This document shows positions 1 to 8,362 of a stretch of DNA of 35,873 nucleotides, piece after piece (position 1 is the first letter of the stretch; every line of letters starts with the position of its first letter). Origin of the DNA: an uncultured Bacteroidota bacterium (lineage in GTDB: Bacteria > Bacteroidota > Bacteroidia > NS11-12g > UBA955); NCBI GenBank assembly GCA_903953615.1, contig CAJBKH010000027.1:1-35873 (forward strand), read 5' to 3'. The notes under the pieces were generated by a model. That model was given only the letters and a program-made list of their open reading frames with translations. It did not search any database and had not been told where the DNA came from. A program made the position numbers and the translations under genes.

Positions 1-1
1 A

Positions 2-130
2 ATTGGCTGGGATGGTATGTATAAGCATCAGAACTGCCCACAAGACGTGTATGTCTATACCATAGAGTGCCGAGACAGTCTTAACATGGATGCCAAATAT
101 TTTTCGGGTACCTTTACATTATTGAGATAA
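2..130 (+). CDS. C-terminal fragment (5' end outside the window) of a T9SS type B sorting / gliding-motility-associated C-terminal domain protein
   Basis: Frame 2 is open from the window edge to TAA at 128-130. It reads IGWDGMYKHQNCPQDVYVYTIECRDSLNMDAKYFSGTFTLLR*, which fits the WDG...G.Y.Y...G...G.v.LiR ending typical of Bacteroidota CHU_C/type-B sorting domains. Confidence 0.55.
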   Translation: MGWDGMYKHQNCPQDVYVYTIECRDSLNMDAKYFSGTFTLLR

Positions 131-222
131 GTGTTTGTTGAAGGATTATCGATTTCTTTTTTATAAAACTTGCCTTCGATTGAAATATTTTGATTTGCTT
201 TGCATTAATAAAAAGAGGACAA

Positions 223-1047
223 ATGACAGACTTACAAAATTTACAAACCATCATTGAGAACGCTTGGGACAACCGCGAATTGGTAAAAGAAGCGGAGACT
301 CAAAAAGCCATCAAATCATTAATTGAAAGTTTGGACAAAGGTCACATTCGTGTGGCCGAGCCAACTGCTGATGGATGGAAGGTGAATGAATGGGTGAAGA
401 AAGGTGTGATTTTGTATTTTCCAATTCAAACCATGGAAACGCATACCATGGGTCCTTATGAAATTTATGACAAGATTCCTTTGAAAAGCGATTTAGCTGG
501 TCAAGGGGTTAGAGCCGTGATGGGTTCGGTAGCGCGCTATGGCGCCTTTATTAATAAGGGTGTTATTTTAATGCCAAGTTTTGTAAACATCGGTGCTTTT
601 GTAGACAGCGGCACCATGGTGGATACATGGGCGACTGTAGGTAGTTGTGCCCAAATAGGCAAGAATGTCCATTTAAGTGGCGGGGTTGGTATTGGTGGTG
701 TTTTAGAACCTGTGCAAGCCGCTCCAGTGATTATAGAAGATGATTGCTTTATAGGATCGCGTTGCATTGTAGTAGAAGGTGCACATATAGGCAAAGAAGC
801 CGTATTAGGTGCTGGTGTTACCATTACCCAATCCACTAAAATTATTGATGTAACAGGACCAGAACCTATTACCTATAAAGGGCATGTACCTGAAAGAAGT
901 GTAGTGATACCTGGTAGTTACGAAAAAGATTTCCCTGCGGGCAAATACCATGTGCCATGCGCCATTATTATAGGCAAAAGAAAACCGAGTACCGATCTTA
1001 AAACATCATTGAACGATGCTTTAAGAGAGCACAATGTGGCAGTATAA
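223..1047 (+). CDS. dapD: 2,3,4,5-tetrahydropyridine-2,6-dicarboxylate N-succinyltransferase
   Basis: The N-terminus (MTDLQNLQTIIENAWDNRE...HIRVAEP) is DapD-like. It is followed by a left-handed beta-helix hexapeptide region (GAFVDSGTMVDTWATVGSCAQIGKNVHLSGGVGIGGVLEP...IIEDDCFIGSRCIVVEG). I moved the start from the TTG at 190 to the ATG at 223. Confidence 0.9.
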   Translation: MTDLQNLQTIIENAWDNRELVKEAETQKAIKSLIESLDKGHIRVAEPTADGWKVNEWVKKGVILYFPIQTMETHTMGPYEIYDKIPLKSDLAGQGVRAVMGSVARYGAFINKGVILMPSFVNIGAFVDSGTMVDTWATVGSCAQIGKNVHLSGGVGIGGVLEPVQAAPVIIEDDCFIGSRCIVVEGAHIGKEAVLGAGVTITQSTKIIDVTGPEPITYKGHVPERSVVIPGSYEKDFPAGKYHVPCAIIIGKRKPSTDLKTSLNDALREHNVAV

Positions 1048-1054
1048 TAATTGA

Positions 1055-2134
1055 ATGAAAATAGGATTTGATGCAAAACGGTATTTTCACAACAATACAG
1101 GCTTAGGCAACTACAGCCGTGTATTGGTGAACGAGCTTTGCAAACATTTTCCTGAACACGCCTATTATTTATTTGACAAGCGCCCGAACATCTATAACCA
1201 TCCAGAAAACGCACAAATTGTAAAGCCAAGTGGCAACGGATTTTTGTGGAGAGAAAAAGGCATCATTAAAGATATTGCGACTATTGGCCTCGATGTATTT
1301 CATGGACTAAGCAATGAATTGCCTTTTGGAAATTATCCGAATTCACTTAAAAAAATAGTGACCATTCACGATGTTATCTTTAAACCATTTCCTAGTCATT
1401 ATAAATGGATGGACCGCACCATTTACGATATCAAAACAAGGCATGCTGTTAAAATTGCCGATACCATTATTGCTACCAGTCAGGCCACAGCCAATGACTT
1501 AATAAAGTATTACAACGCTGAAGCCAAAAGGATAGAAGTTGTTTACCAATCGTGCGGACCTTTGCACCAATTGCACTACCCTACTGATGCGGTTGAAGAC
1601 TTTAAAACAACCAAAGGTTTAAAAGAACCCTACCTACTTTATGTCAGCAGTTTTCAAACGCGTAAAAACCATTTGCCATTGATCAAAGCTTTTGCAGCAT
1701 TAAAAAACAAAAACATACAACTGGTTTTAGCCGGCAGAAAAGGTGAAACCTATGAGGCTTGTGTGGCATTGATAAAAAGTTTGGGCATCGAAAAACTAGT
1801 CAACTTAGTTGACGATATTTCGGCAGAAGAATTGCCATTGTTATACCGAGGCGCGCAAGGTTTTGTGTATCCAAGTATGATAGAAGGCTTTGGTATTCCA
1901 TTGATAGAAGCCACTTATGCGGGTTTACCCATGGCGGTGAACAACATAGCAGTATTTAAAGAAATAGCACCTGAGGGTGCTTTATATTTCGACACAAACA
2001 ATGAAGCGAGCATGGTTGTGGCGTTGCAAGAATTGGTGGAGAAGGGACAAAAAAAGATAGCGTATGGGGAGCACTTGAAACGGTTTGACGAGGCGGGAAT
2101 CTCTAAGCGGGTGATGCAAATATACCGTGGGTAA
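1055..2134 (+). CDS. Glycosyltransferase, GT-B fold (family 4 / group 1)
   Basis: 359 aa with a C-terminal donor-binding region (YLLYVSSFQTRKN...GFVYPSMIEGFGIPLIEA) typical of GT4 enzymes. It starts 7 nt after dapD, so the two are probably co-transcribed. Confidence 0.85.
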   Translation: MKIGFDAKRYFHNNTGLGNYSRVLVNELCKHFPEHAYYLFDKRPNIYNHPENAQIVKPSGNGFLWREKGIIKDIATIGLDVFHGLSNELPFGNYPNSLKKIVTIHDVIFKPFPSHYKWMDRTIYDIKTRHAVKIADTIIATSQATANDLIKYYNAEAKRIEVVYQSCGPLHQLHYPTDAVEDFKTTKGLKEPYLLYVSSFQTRKNHLPLIKAFAALKNKNIQLVLAGRKGETYEACVALIKSLGIEKLVNLVDDISAEELPLLYRGAQGFVYPSMIEGFGIPLIEATYAGLPMAVNNIAVFKEIAPEGALYFDTNNEASMVVALQELVEKGQKKIAYGEHLKRFDEAGISKRVMQIYRG

Positions 2135-2138
2135 TTTA

Positions 2139-2266
2139 ACCACATAAGTTAGATAAGTTATCTTTTTTAGCCTGTTATTCTAAAAATGATTTCAGTTAAT
2201 TCGATATCTGGGGCTTTTGCTCTACAATAGCCAAGTGAACATAAGTATTTTTTGCCATGCAAAAAA
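2139..2266 (+). repeat. CATAAGT-box element, long form type 1, copy a
   Basis: It starts ACCACATAAGTTAGATAAGT and ends AAGTGAACATAAGT followed by the hairpin TTTTTTGC-CAT-GCAAAAAA. I count about nine differences from the copy at 2738-2866. It begins 4 nt after the glycosyltransferase stop codon. Confidence 0.85.
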
Positions 2267-2709
2267 TGAGTAGCTCAATTATTGATGGGTTTAAATTAAA
2301 TCAGAAGATTTTGATTGAAGGAATACTCCGACTATATTGCACGTTCAAATTTATGGATGAAATAATTGACGATCAAAGAAAGTATTCTCCAAATAAAAAT
2401 GGTCCAATATTTAAAATTGGATGGTTTGTTTATGGCTTCATTGCTTTAGTAGGAGTCATCTTTAAAATACTCCATTGGCCTGGTGCTTATGAAGGGATTG
2501 GGATTGGATTTGGTGGATTATCGTCACACTTTTTAGTATATGGCCTTTATAAGACAAAATCAAAAAACACAAAAATTATCTTTTGCAGTTTGCCTTTACT
2601 GATTTTTATTTGGGTACTTTATTTATTTAAATTCTACTTCGATTTCCTTCCTCTGTATGCGATGGTATTGGCCATTACTTTTTTAGGGTCATATCTCATT
2701 CGAAAATAA
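2266..2709 (+). CDS. Hypothetical small multi-pass membrane protein with an FKILHWPGA motif
   Basis: The ORF is open from the ATG at 2257, which lies inside the repeat hairpin; 2266 is the second ATG. There are three to four hydrophobic segments (WFVYGFIALVGVIFKILHWPGA, IGIGFGGLSSHFLVYGLY, IIFCSLPLLIFIWVLYLF, LPLYAMVLAITFLGSYLI). No family was recognised with certainty. Confidence 0.5.
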   Translation: MSSSIIDGFKLNQKILIEGILRLYCTFKFMDEIIDDQRKYSPNKNGPIFKIGWFVYGFIALVGVIFKILHWPGAYEGIGIGFGGLSSHFLVYGLYKTKSKNTKIIFCSLPLLIFIWVLYLFKFYFDFLPLYAMVLAITFLGSYLIRK

Positions 2710-2737
2710 ATTTATAGGCGATAAATCTTGCTTCTTT

Positions 2738-2866
2738 ACCACATAAGTTACATAAGTAATGCTTTTTAGCCTGTTATTCTAAAAACAATTTTAGTTAATT
2801 CGATATCTGGGGCTTTTGCTCTACAATAGCCAAGTGAACATAAGTTTTTTTTGCCATGCAAAAAAA
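2738..2866 (+). repeat. CATAAGT-box element, long form type 1, copy b
   Basis: Direct repeat of 2139-2266, offset by 599 bp. The 3' 75 nt or so are nearly identical, including the GCCATGC hairpin loop. Confidence 0.85.
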
Positions 2867-2984
2867 GGGGGAAGTTTAACAATTGGAGCTAACAATATTT
2901 GTAGGAATAAAAATTACTACCCCTTAAACAAAATCGCGGCAGCATAGATGCATTATAAATTTATTCAAAAATCAATATGAACGA

Positions 2985-3022
2985 TTTTTTACATTGTAAA
3001 AATAGATTATGATGCTTATGGT
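2985..3022 (-). repeat. CATAAGT-box element, degenerate short form (box directly followed by hairpin)
   Basis: The minus strand reads GGAACCATAAGCATCATAATC followed by TATTTTTAC-AAT-GTAAAAAA. This resembles the ACCACATAAGTATGATAAG box but lacks the ~95-nt middle segment. Confidence 0.45.
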
Positions 3023-3031
3023 TCCTTCCAA

Positions 3032-3181
3032 TTTTTTTACGAAGTAAAAAAAACTTATGTTCACTAAAAAAGCACGGATCAAAAAACAAAGCTTATGTTA
3101 AGTAATGACCATCATTAGAAGCACAAATCAAAATAAAAAACTTATCTAACTTATTACTTCGTAGCTGCTTCGCGGTGTGGC
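3032..3181 (-). repeat. CATAAGT-box element, long form type 3
   Basis: The minus strand reads GCCACACCGCGAAGCAGCTACGAAGTAATAAGTTAGATAAGTT ... CTTAACATAAGC ... TAGTGAACATAAGTTTTTTTTAC-TTC-GTAAAAAAA. It shares ATAAGTTAGATAAGTT with the copy at 2139 and the 3' box plus hairpin with all long forms. It begins 11 nt after the MBL gene stop. Confidence 0.7.
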
Positions 3182-3192
3182 AAAGTATTCCC

Positions 3193-4614
3193 TTACAACT
3201 CGAATGATTGGCCTTCCATTGGCATTTCTACTGTTGGTAGATTGAGGAGGTCTTTGAATTTGGCCATGCTGCTTTCATCGCCATGTACTAAAAATATTTT
3301 CTTTAAACTTTTGTAGTTCACCGATTCGAAGTAACGCATTAAACCATTCTGATCGGGGTGGGCACTAAAGGCATCAGTACGCGCTATCTTCGCATATACC
3401 TGACGTTCGCGCTTGTTGATATTTACTGTTGGACGACCGATTAGCAACTCGGCACCTAAGGTACCTGGGGCACAAAAACCCGCAATTAATATGGTGCTAT
3501 ATGGGTTGCTAATATTGTTTCTGACATGCTCTTGAATTCTTCCACCTTCGACCATACCAGCTGCCGAAATAATCACACATGGCTCGGGCGACATACTGAT
3601 GAATTCACTCTCTTTGCTGTCTTCGATAGTCGTTAATTGAGGGAAGGCAAACAAATGTCCGTGTTGCTTATAGAATGCTTGTGCTTCATCATTCAAACTG
3701 CTTAAATGTAGATCATATAATTTAGTAGTTCGAATGGCCAACGGACTATCAGAATATATTTTTATGTTAGGCAATAAGCCTTTGACTTGCAATTGGTGCA
3801 AGGCAAAAATAATGGCTTGAGTTCTACCCACACTAAAGGCAGGTATCACCAATTTACCATTGAATTTTACACAGGTATTGTTAACGTATTCGAGCAACAA
3901 AGATTCGGCCTCGGCCACATCGGTATGCAAGCGACCACCATAAGTACTCTCGCTTACCAAATATTGAATATCGGGCATGGGCTGCGGGTCTTTTACTAAC
4001 TTAGAATTGTAATTCCCTAAGTCGCCAGTAAAGCCAATTATCTTTTGTTCCCCATTTTCTGTTACCGTCATTTTTACAGAAGCTGCACCTAAAATATGCC
4101 CTGCTTCAAAAAACTCAATTGTTAAATGTTCATTGATCACCAAAGGCTTTCTAAAAGCAATGCCCACCATCGCATCGCATACCATCTCGACATGTTTGCG
4201 ATTGTATAAAGTTACTGCTTCGCGTTGCCCTTCAGCTCTAGAAAATTTGGCTTGCTTGCCTTTTTTTCTGCGTATACCACTGCGTTTATTACTTTCAATT
4301 TGTTGCACATTCAAAGAATCGAGCAATAAATTTTTAGTTAATTCAACACTGGCATCGGTACATAAAATCTGACCGTTGTAGCCTTGTTTTAAAAGGTTGG
4401 GTAAATTGCCTGAGTGGTCGATGTGGGCATGTGTAAGAATTACTAAATCTAAACTTTCAGGAAAGAAAGGAAAGTTTCGGTTATCTTCATCAAAGGTTTT
4501 TTTATTCTCATAATTTAACCCACAATCTATTAGTATATTATAGCCATTGGCCAAGGTTAGCAGATGCATACTCCCCGTTACCTGTCTCGCTGCACCCCAA
4601 AAAGTTACTTTCAT
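3193..4614 (-). CDS. MBL-fold metallo-hydrolase of the beta-CASP (RNA-metabolising) type
   Basis: 473 aa. It has the HxHxDH motif (THAHIDHSG), later conserved His/Asp positions, and a C-terminal ...FLVHGD... motif characteristic of beta-CASP nucleases. Confidence 0.8.
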   Translation of the reverse strand: MKVTFWGAARQVTGSMHLLTLANGYNILIDCGLNYENKKTFDEDNRNFPFFPESLDLVILTHAHIDHSGNLPNLLKQGYNGQILCTDASVELTKNLLLDSLNVQQIESNKRSGIRRKKGKQAKFSRAEGQREAVTLYNRKHVEMVCDAMVGIAFRKPLVINEHLTIEFFEAGHILGAASVKMTVTENGEQKIIGFTGDLGNYNSKLVKDPQPMPDIQYLVSESTYGGRLHTDVAEAESLLLEYVNNTCVKFNGKLVIPAFSVGRTQAIIFALHQLQVKGLLPNIKIYSDSPLAIRTTKLYDLHLSSLNDEAQAFYKQHGHLFAFPQLTTIEDSKESEFISMSPEPCVIISAAGMVEGGRIQEHVRNNISNPYSTILIAGFCAPGTLGAELLIGRPTVNINKRERQVYAKIARTDAFSAHPDQNGLMRYFESVNYKSLKKIFLVHGDESSMAKFKDLLNLPTVEMPMEGQSFEL

Positions 4615-4697
4615 TTAATTCAACAATTTTTTATAATTTAAAAATACTATAAATGTAAGAACAACGTTTAAAGGTTATCAGTCCATCTTTATAATTT

Positions 4698-5198
4698 ATG
4701 CATACAAAGGTATTAATTCGTACGGATTCATTTATTGAACATTATCAACAATGGCTACAAATGAATGTCAACGAGGTACTTGAAATAATGAGCGGGAGTT
4801 ATGCCAATGAAGTGTTTGGTAAAGGTTCGGACGATTTTGATTACAAAAAAAACGCAGACACCACTGTTATCAAATGGAAGCCTAGTGTTTTAAACAAACA
4901 GGAAATGGGTTTTTTGATGGACTATTTTCAAACCAAATTATGCCAACATGGTTACACGTTATCGCTTAGCGATGAGCGACAGGAACTGTTTGACAGTGGA
5001 TTAAGATTCACCATACACCGCCATTTTTTAAAACCCATTATAACTGCGGTTCATCAGAACAACCCTTGTAATTTTGGCAATCTCATTTTAGAACACCAAT
5101 TCAATCAGAAGAGCAATGCCTTTTCTATGACCGTTCACCGCCAAGCCTCTGCTGAATTATCCTCTGTAGAAAAGCTGATGGAGTTCATACTTGGATAA
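4698..5198 (+). CDS. Hypothetical protein
   Basis: A 166-aa ORF in a gap between confident genes, divergent from the MBL gene. No recognisable motifs. Confidence 0.45.
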   Translation: MHTKVLIRTDSFIEHYQQWLQMNVNEVLEIMSGSYANEVFGKGSDDFDYKKNADTTVIKWKPSVLNKQEMGFLMDYFQTKLCQHGYTLSLSDERQELFDSGLRFTIHRHFLKPIITAVHQNNPCNFGNLILEHQFNQKSNAFSMTVHRQASAELSSVEKLMEFILG

Positions 5199-5256
5199 AA
5201 GTTAATTTTCGATCAAAAAAGCAGGCCATTAAAACTTGCATTTCTCAGATTTTCAT

Positions 5257-5264
5257 TATATTTG
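5257..5264 (+). promoter_or_regulatory. Candidate Bacteroidota -7 promoter box (TAnnTTTG)
   Basis: Exact TATATTTG lies 19 nt upstream of the ATG at 5284. A TTG sits 18 nt further upstream. The box lies inside the TTG-5236 ORF extension, which argues for the 5284 start. Confidence 0.45.
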
Positions 5265-5283
5265 TTTATCAAGTATAAGAATT

Positions 5284-5976
5284 ATGAAAAACAATATTAA
5301 AATTATTATTGGCGTATTCTCTTTTTTATTTTTAACCAATATTGCAAACACCAATGCACAAGCCTTTAAAAAAGGTTGTTTGTTGTTAAGCCTTTCAGAG
5401 GGCACTACAGCTGCAAATTACAGCACAACTAATCATTCTGCCAATCAAACTACACCAGAAAACAAAGGCGCTTCTGCTTTTTATGGTTCTGATATGGATG
5501 GCATTCGCGATCCCTTGTTTATTGAATTCGGCTTAAGTAACCGTTGGGGTATTGGCTTAAGCACTGGCAATGATTTATTTACCATTGACCCAAGCAAATT
5601 TTACGGATTCCAAAGAAGTGACAACAAAACTATCACTGCTAAAACTTCTGAATTTACCTTTGATTTAAATTATCACTTTTACACTAGAAAAAAAGTTGAC
5701 TTATCCGTCTATACTTCATTGGGTTCTTTTGGTGTTGCTTTTAATGGTAAAGATGGTGATCAAAGTTATAACTACAATGCCAAAGGTGGTATTGCCCGCT
5801 TAGGCTTGAAAGCCCGTTATTATTTCTGGAAACGTTTAGGCGTGATGGGGATGTTAAGTACCTATTCTGGTACTGCTGCAACCGATGGATTACAAGGAAT
5901 TACTGTAGGAACCAATACTTCTACTACAATTAAAGGTAGTGCGGTGGAGTTTGGGTTGTGTTTTAGGTTTTTTTAG
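5284..5976 (+). CDS. Outer-membrane beta-barrel (porin-family-like) protein
   Basis: Signal peptide MKNNIKIIIGVFSFLFLTNIANTNAQA. The rest shows an alternating beta-strand pattern and ends with aromatic residues (...GLCFRFF). Confidence 0.65.
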   Translation: MKNNIKIIIGVFSFLFLTNIANTNAQAFKKGCLLLSLSEGTTAANYSTTNHSANQTTPENKGASAFYGSDMDGIRDPLFIEFGLSNRWGIGLSTGNDLFTIDPSKFYGFQRSDNKTITAKTSEFTFDLNYHFYTRKKVDLSVYTSLGSFGVAFNGKDGDQSYNYNAKGGIARLGLKARYYFWKRLGVMGMLSTYSGTAATDGLQGITVGTNTSTTIKGSAVEFGLCFRFF

Positions 5977-5980
5977 GCTC

Positions 5981-6032
5981 TCTTGGCCTCACCCCTAACC
6001 CCTCTTGGCCTCACCAGCCTCACCCCTAACCC
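5981..6032 (+). repeat. Short GC-rich direct repeats
   Basis: TCTTGGCCTCACC occurs at 5981 and 6003. GCCTCACCCCTAACCC occurs at 5986 and 6017. Confidence 0.8.
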
Positions 6033-6060
6033 TCTCCATGGGAGAGGGAGTTACATTTTT
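6030..6060 (+). terminator. Probable intrinsic terminator after the beta-barrel gene
   Basis: An 8-bp GC-rich stem (CCCTCTCC-ATG-GGAGAGGG) is followed within 7 nt by TTTTT. Confidence 0.55.
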
Positions 6061-6188
6061 GGCTTCGATAACATTTTGGTTGACCCTAGGTTGAAGGCTT
6101 CTATGAGGGTTTTTTGCTCGCTGCGCTCGCATTCGCTATTTGGTTATGGGATATGATAAAGGTCTTTATTTGTTATTGTAAACGGACT

Positions 6189-6196
6189 TATCTTTG
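6189..6196 (+). promoter_or_regulatory. Candidate -7 promoter box (TAnnTTTG)
   Basis: Exact TATCTTTG lies 16 nt upstream of the ATG at 6213, with a TTTG 16 nt further upstream. Confidence 0.4.
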
Positions 6197-6212
6197 TTTC
6201 AATATTAAAAAC

Positions 6213-6500
6213 ATGGAAGATGCTTTGTTAATGGAGGCGGGGAGTTTATTAACCCAATACACTGCTATTGAAAAAAAGTGGGAAGAAGCCAAAGCGGAAT
6301 TGCAGGCCCATGTCTTACATTTATTAGAAACGAATCTGCCTGCTTTGTACCAATTGCTCTATAAAATTGATATTGCCGAAAGCAAGGCTCGACAAGCTTT
6401 TGGGAGCGATACACAAACCATCGCAGATAATTTATCCGAATTGATTTTGCAGCGCATTTTAGAAAAAGCCAAAACGCGTTTGGCTTATAAAAACAAATAA
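6213..6500 (+). CDS. Hypothetical protein (95 aa, helical)
   Basis: The ORF is trimmed to the ATG at 6213 (MEDALLMEAGSLL...). The TTG-6114 extension is hydrophobic junk that overlaps a GC-rich repeat and the candidate promoter. Confidence 0.5.
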   Translation: MEDALLMEAGSLLTQYTAIEKKWEEAKAELQAHVLHLLETNLPALYQLLYKIDIAESKARQAFGSDTQTIADNLSELILQRILEKAKTRLAYKNK

Positions 6501-6507
6501 AAACAGT

Positions 6508-8175
6508 TTAACTCAAGCCCTCTATCAGTCCATCTGTAATCGTCATGCCATAAGCTGCGGGTACTTTGGGCAAACCAGGCATGCGCATAATATCACCAGC
6601 TACTGCTACTATAAATCCTGCACCGGCATTGATAAGAATGTCTTCGAACGTGATGGTATGTCCTGATGGTGCTCCTGCAATTTTAGGATTATCGGTAAAT
6701 GAATATTGTGTTTTGGCGATGCAAATGGGCAAATGACCCCAATTGTTTTTTTCAATTTTCGCTAAAGCGGTTTTGGCTTTATTACTCAACTCAATGTCTT
6801 TGGCTCTGTAAATTTGTGTGGCTACTTTGCGCAATTTTTCTGTTACAGTATCACTTAATTCGTATTGGTATTGAATGGCTTTTGATGGTTTATTTTCTAT
6901 CACCTCCACCACTGCTCTTGCCAAATCGCTCGCACCCTCTCCCCCATTGACAAAAGCATCGTTAATGGCAAAGGTGGTATTTTTTTCGCGGCACCATTGT
7001 TTCAAAAATGCAATTTCTTCTTCTACATCAAAATAAAATTTATTGAGTGATACGATAATGCTCTGTCCAAACGACTGCAAATTTTCGATGTGTCTTTCGA
7101 GGTTAGGCAAGCCTTGTTTCAAGACTTCTAAATTTGGTTTCTTCGCTTCATCATCGGTTAAGTTCGCATGGTTTTTTAAAGCTTGAGTTGTTACAACCAA
7201 TACGGTTGCCTTAGGCTGTAAACCTGCCATGCGGCATTTAATATCCAAGAATTTTTCGGCTCCTAAGTCGCTGCCAAAGCCCGCTTCGGTGACTACATAA
7301 TCGCTCAATGACAAAGCCATTTTTGTGGCCAAAACAGAATTACAACCATGCGCAATATTAGCAAACGGACCGCCATGAATAATGGCTGGTGTGTTCTCGG
7401 TAGTTTGCACCAGATTAGGCATAAGTGCATCTTTTAATAGAATAACGATGGCATCGGCAATACCTAAATCGCGCACTGTAAAAAGACTATTATCGAGTTT
7501 ATAACCGAGTACAATTTGGTTAATTCTTGTTTTCAAATCTTCGAGACCAGAAGCCAAACACAGTATGGCCATGATTTCTGAAGCAGGTGTAATATCGAAG
7601 CCTGTTTCTTGCGGCAAGCCATTTAATCGACCGCCTAAACCTGTATTCACATAACGCAACGAGCGATCATTCACATCGAGTACGCGTTTCCAAACAATTT
7701 GTTTAAGTGCTTTATCAGAATTAATATTATTGTATTGGTAATTATCTAACAGCGCAGCTATGGTGTTATTAGCAGTTGTTATGGCATGAAAATCGCCCGT
7801 AAAATGCAGGTTAATATCCTCCATTGGCAACACTTGCGCATAGCCACCACCAGCGGCTCCACCTTTCATTCCAAAAACAGGACCTAAAGATGGTTCACGC
7901 AAAGCAACGATACTTTTTTTACCAATTTTATTGAGTCCTAACGAGAGACTCACACTGGTAACGGTTTTACCAACCCCTGCTTTGGTTGGTGATATAGCAG
8001 TAACCAATATTAGATTACTTTTCTGTACTGCCGTTTCATTGATTTGGCTGAGGTTTATTTTTGCTTTGTATTTGCCGTATTGCATCACATCATCTTCGGG
8101 TATGCCGAGTTGAGCAGCTATTTGTGTGATGGGTTTTAATTGGGTGTCTCTAGAAATTTCTATGTCTGATTTCAT
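6508..8175 (-). CDS. fhs: Formate--tetrahydrofolate ligase
   Basis: 555 aa, collinear with Fhs throughout. Matches include the nucleotide-binding loop (SPTKAGVGKTVTS), ...GGAAGGGYAQV... and ...HGGPFANIAHGCNS.... Confidence 0.93.
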   Translation of the reverse strand: MKSDIEISRDTQLKPITQIAAQLGIPEDDVMQYGKYKAKINLSQINETAVQKSNLILVTAISPTKAGVGKTVTSVSLSLGLNKIGKKSIVALREPSLGPVFGMKGGAAGGGYAQVLPMEDINLHFTGDFHAITTANNTIAALLDNYQYNNINSDKALKQIVWKRVLDVNDRSLRYVNTGLGGRLNGLPQETGFDITPASEIMAILCLASGLEDLKTRINQIVLGYKLDNSLFTVRDLGIADAIVILLKDALMPNLVQTTENTPAIIHGGPFANIAHGCNSVLATKMALSLSDYVVTEAGFGSDLGAEKFLDIKCRMAGLQPKATVLVVTTQALKNHANLTDDEAKKPNLEVLKQGLPNLERHIENLQSFGQSIIVSLNKFYFDVEEEIAFLKQWCREKNTTFAINDAFVNGGEGASDLARAVVEVIENKPSKAIQYQYELSDTVTEKLRKVATQIYRAKDIELSNKAKTALAKIEKNNWGHLPICIAKTQYSFTDNPKIAGAPSGHTITFEDILINAGAGFIVAVAGDIMRMPGLPKVPAAYGMTITDGLIEGLS

Positions 8176-8362
8176 TTTACTATAAGGCTAATAATGGCGG
8201 TAAACTTATGGAATAAAAATGATTTTATTTCAAGATGTTTATCACTTTTGAATGTGTGAAAAAAAGTTCAATTTTGATTTTAAATTGAAAATAAATCATG
8301 CTCTACTCGAATTGTTATTAAAAACCTTTCTAAGGGCCGAGTATTTTCATTAAAATTGCACT

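Noticed and set aside
131-222. Lysine riboswitch upstream of dapD
   Set aside because: Only about 90 nt are available and they are AT-rich with no recognisable L-box helices. That is too short for the ~180-nt element.
2139-2866. Could the repeated units here and at 34372-34705 be a CRISPR array?
   Set aside because: The units are 128-177 nt long and their spacings (599 bp and 157 bp) are not uniform. One 'spacer' is a whole ORF. There is no short, partially palindromic 25-40-nt repeat and there are no cas genes in the window.
2139-3181. Integron-like gene cassette with attC sites
   Set aside because: The repeats lack the RYYYAAC/GTTRRRY inverse-core and core pair and the extended internal symmetry of attC sites. 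The two boxes are direct rather than inverted, and no intI gene is present.
5236-5283. N-terminal extensions of track ORFs using TTG or upstream ATG starts (190, 5236, 6114, 9549, 11272, 16924, 17044, 20902, 34306, 34635)
   Set aside because: The extensions add non-homologous, often hydrophobic junk ahead of obvious signal peptides or conserved N-termini. Several contain the candidate -7 promoter box or repeat sequence, so I used the internal ATG starts.
8176-8362. ZTP (pfl) riboswitch upstream of fhs, a common association in other phyla
   Set aside because: The minus-strand leader is very AT-rich. It contains nothing resembling the conserved GC-rich cores of the motif, such as a CCGCCTGGG-like 3' element.
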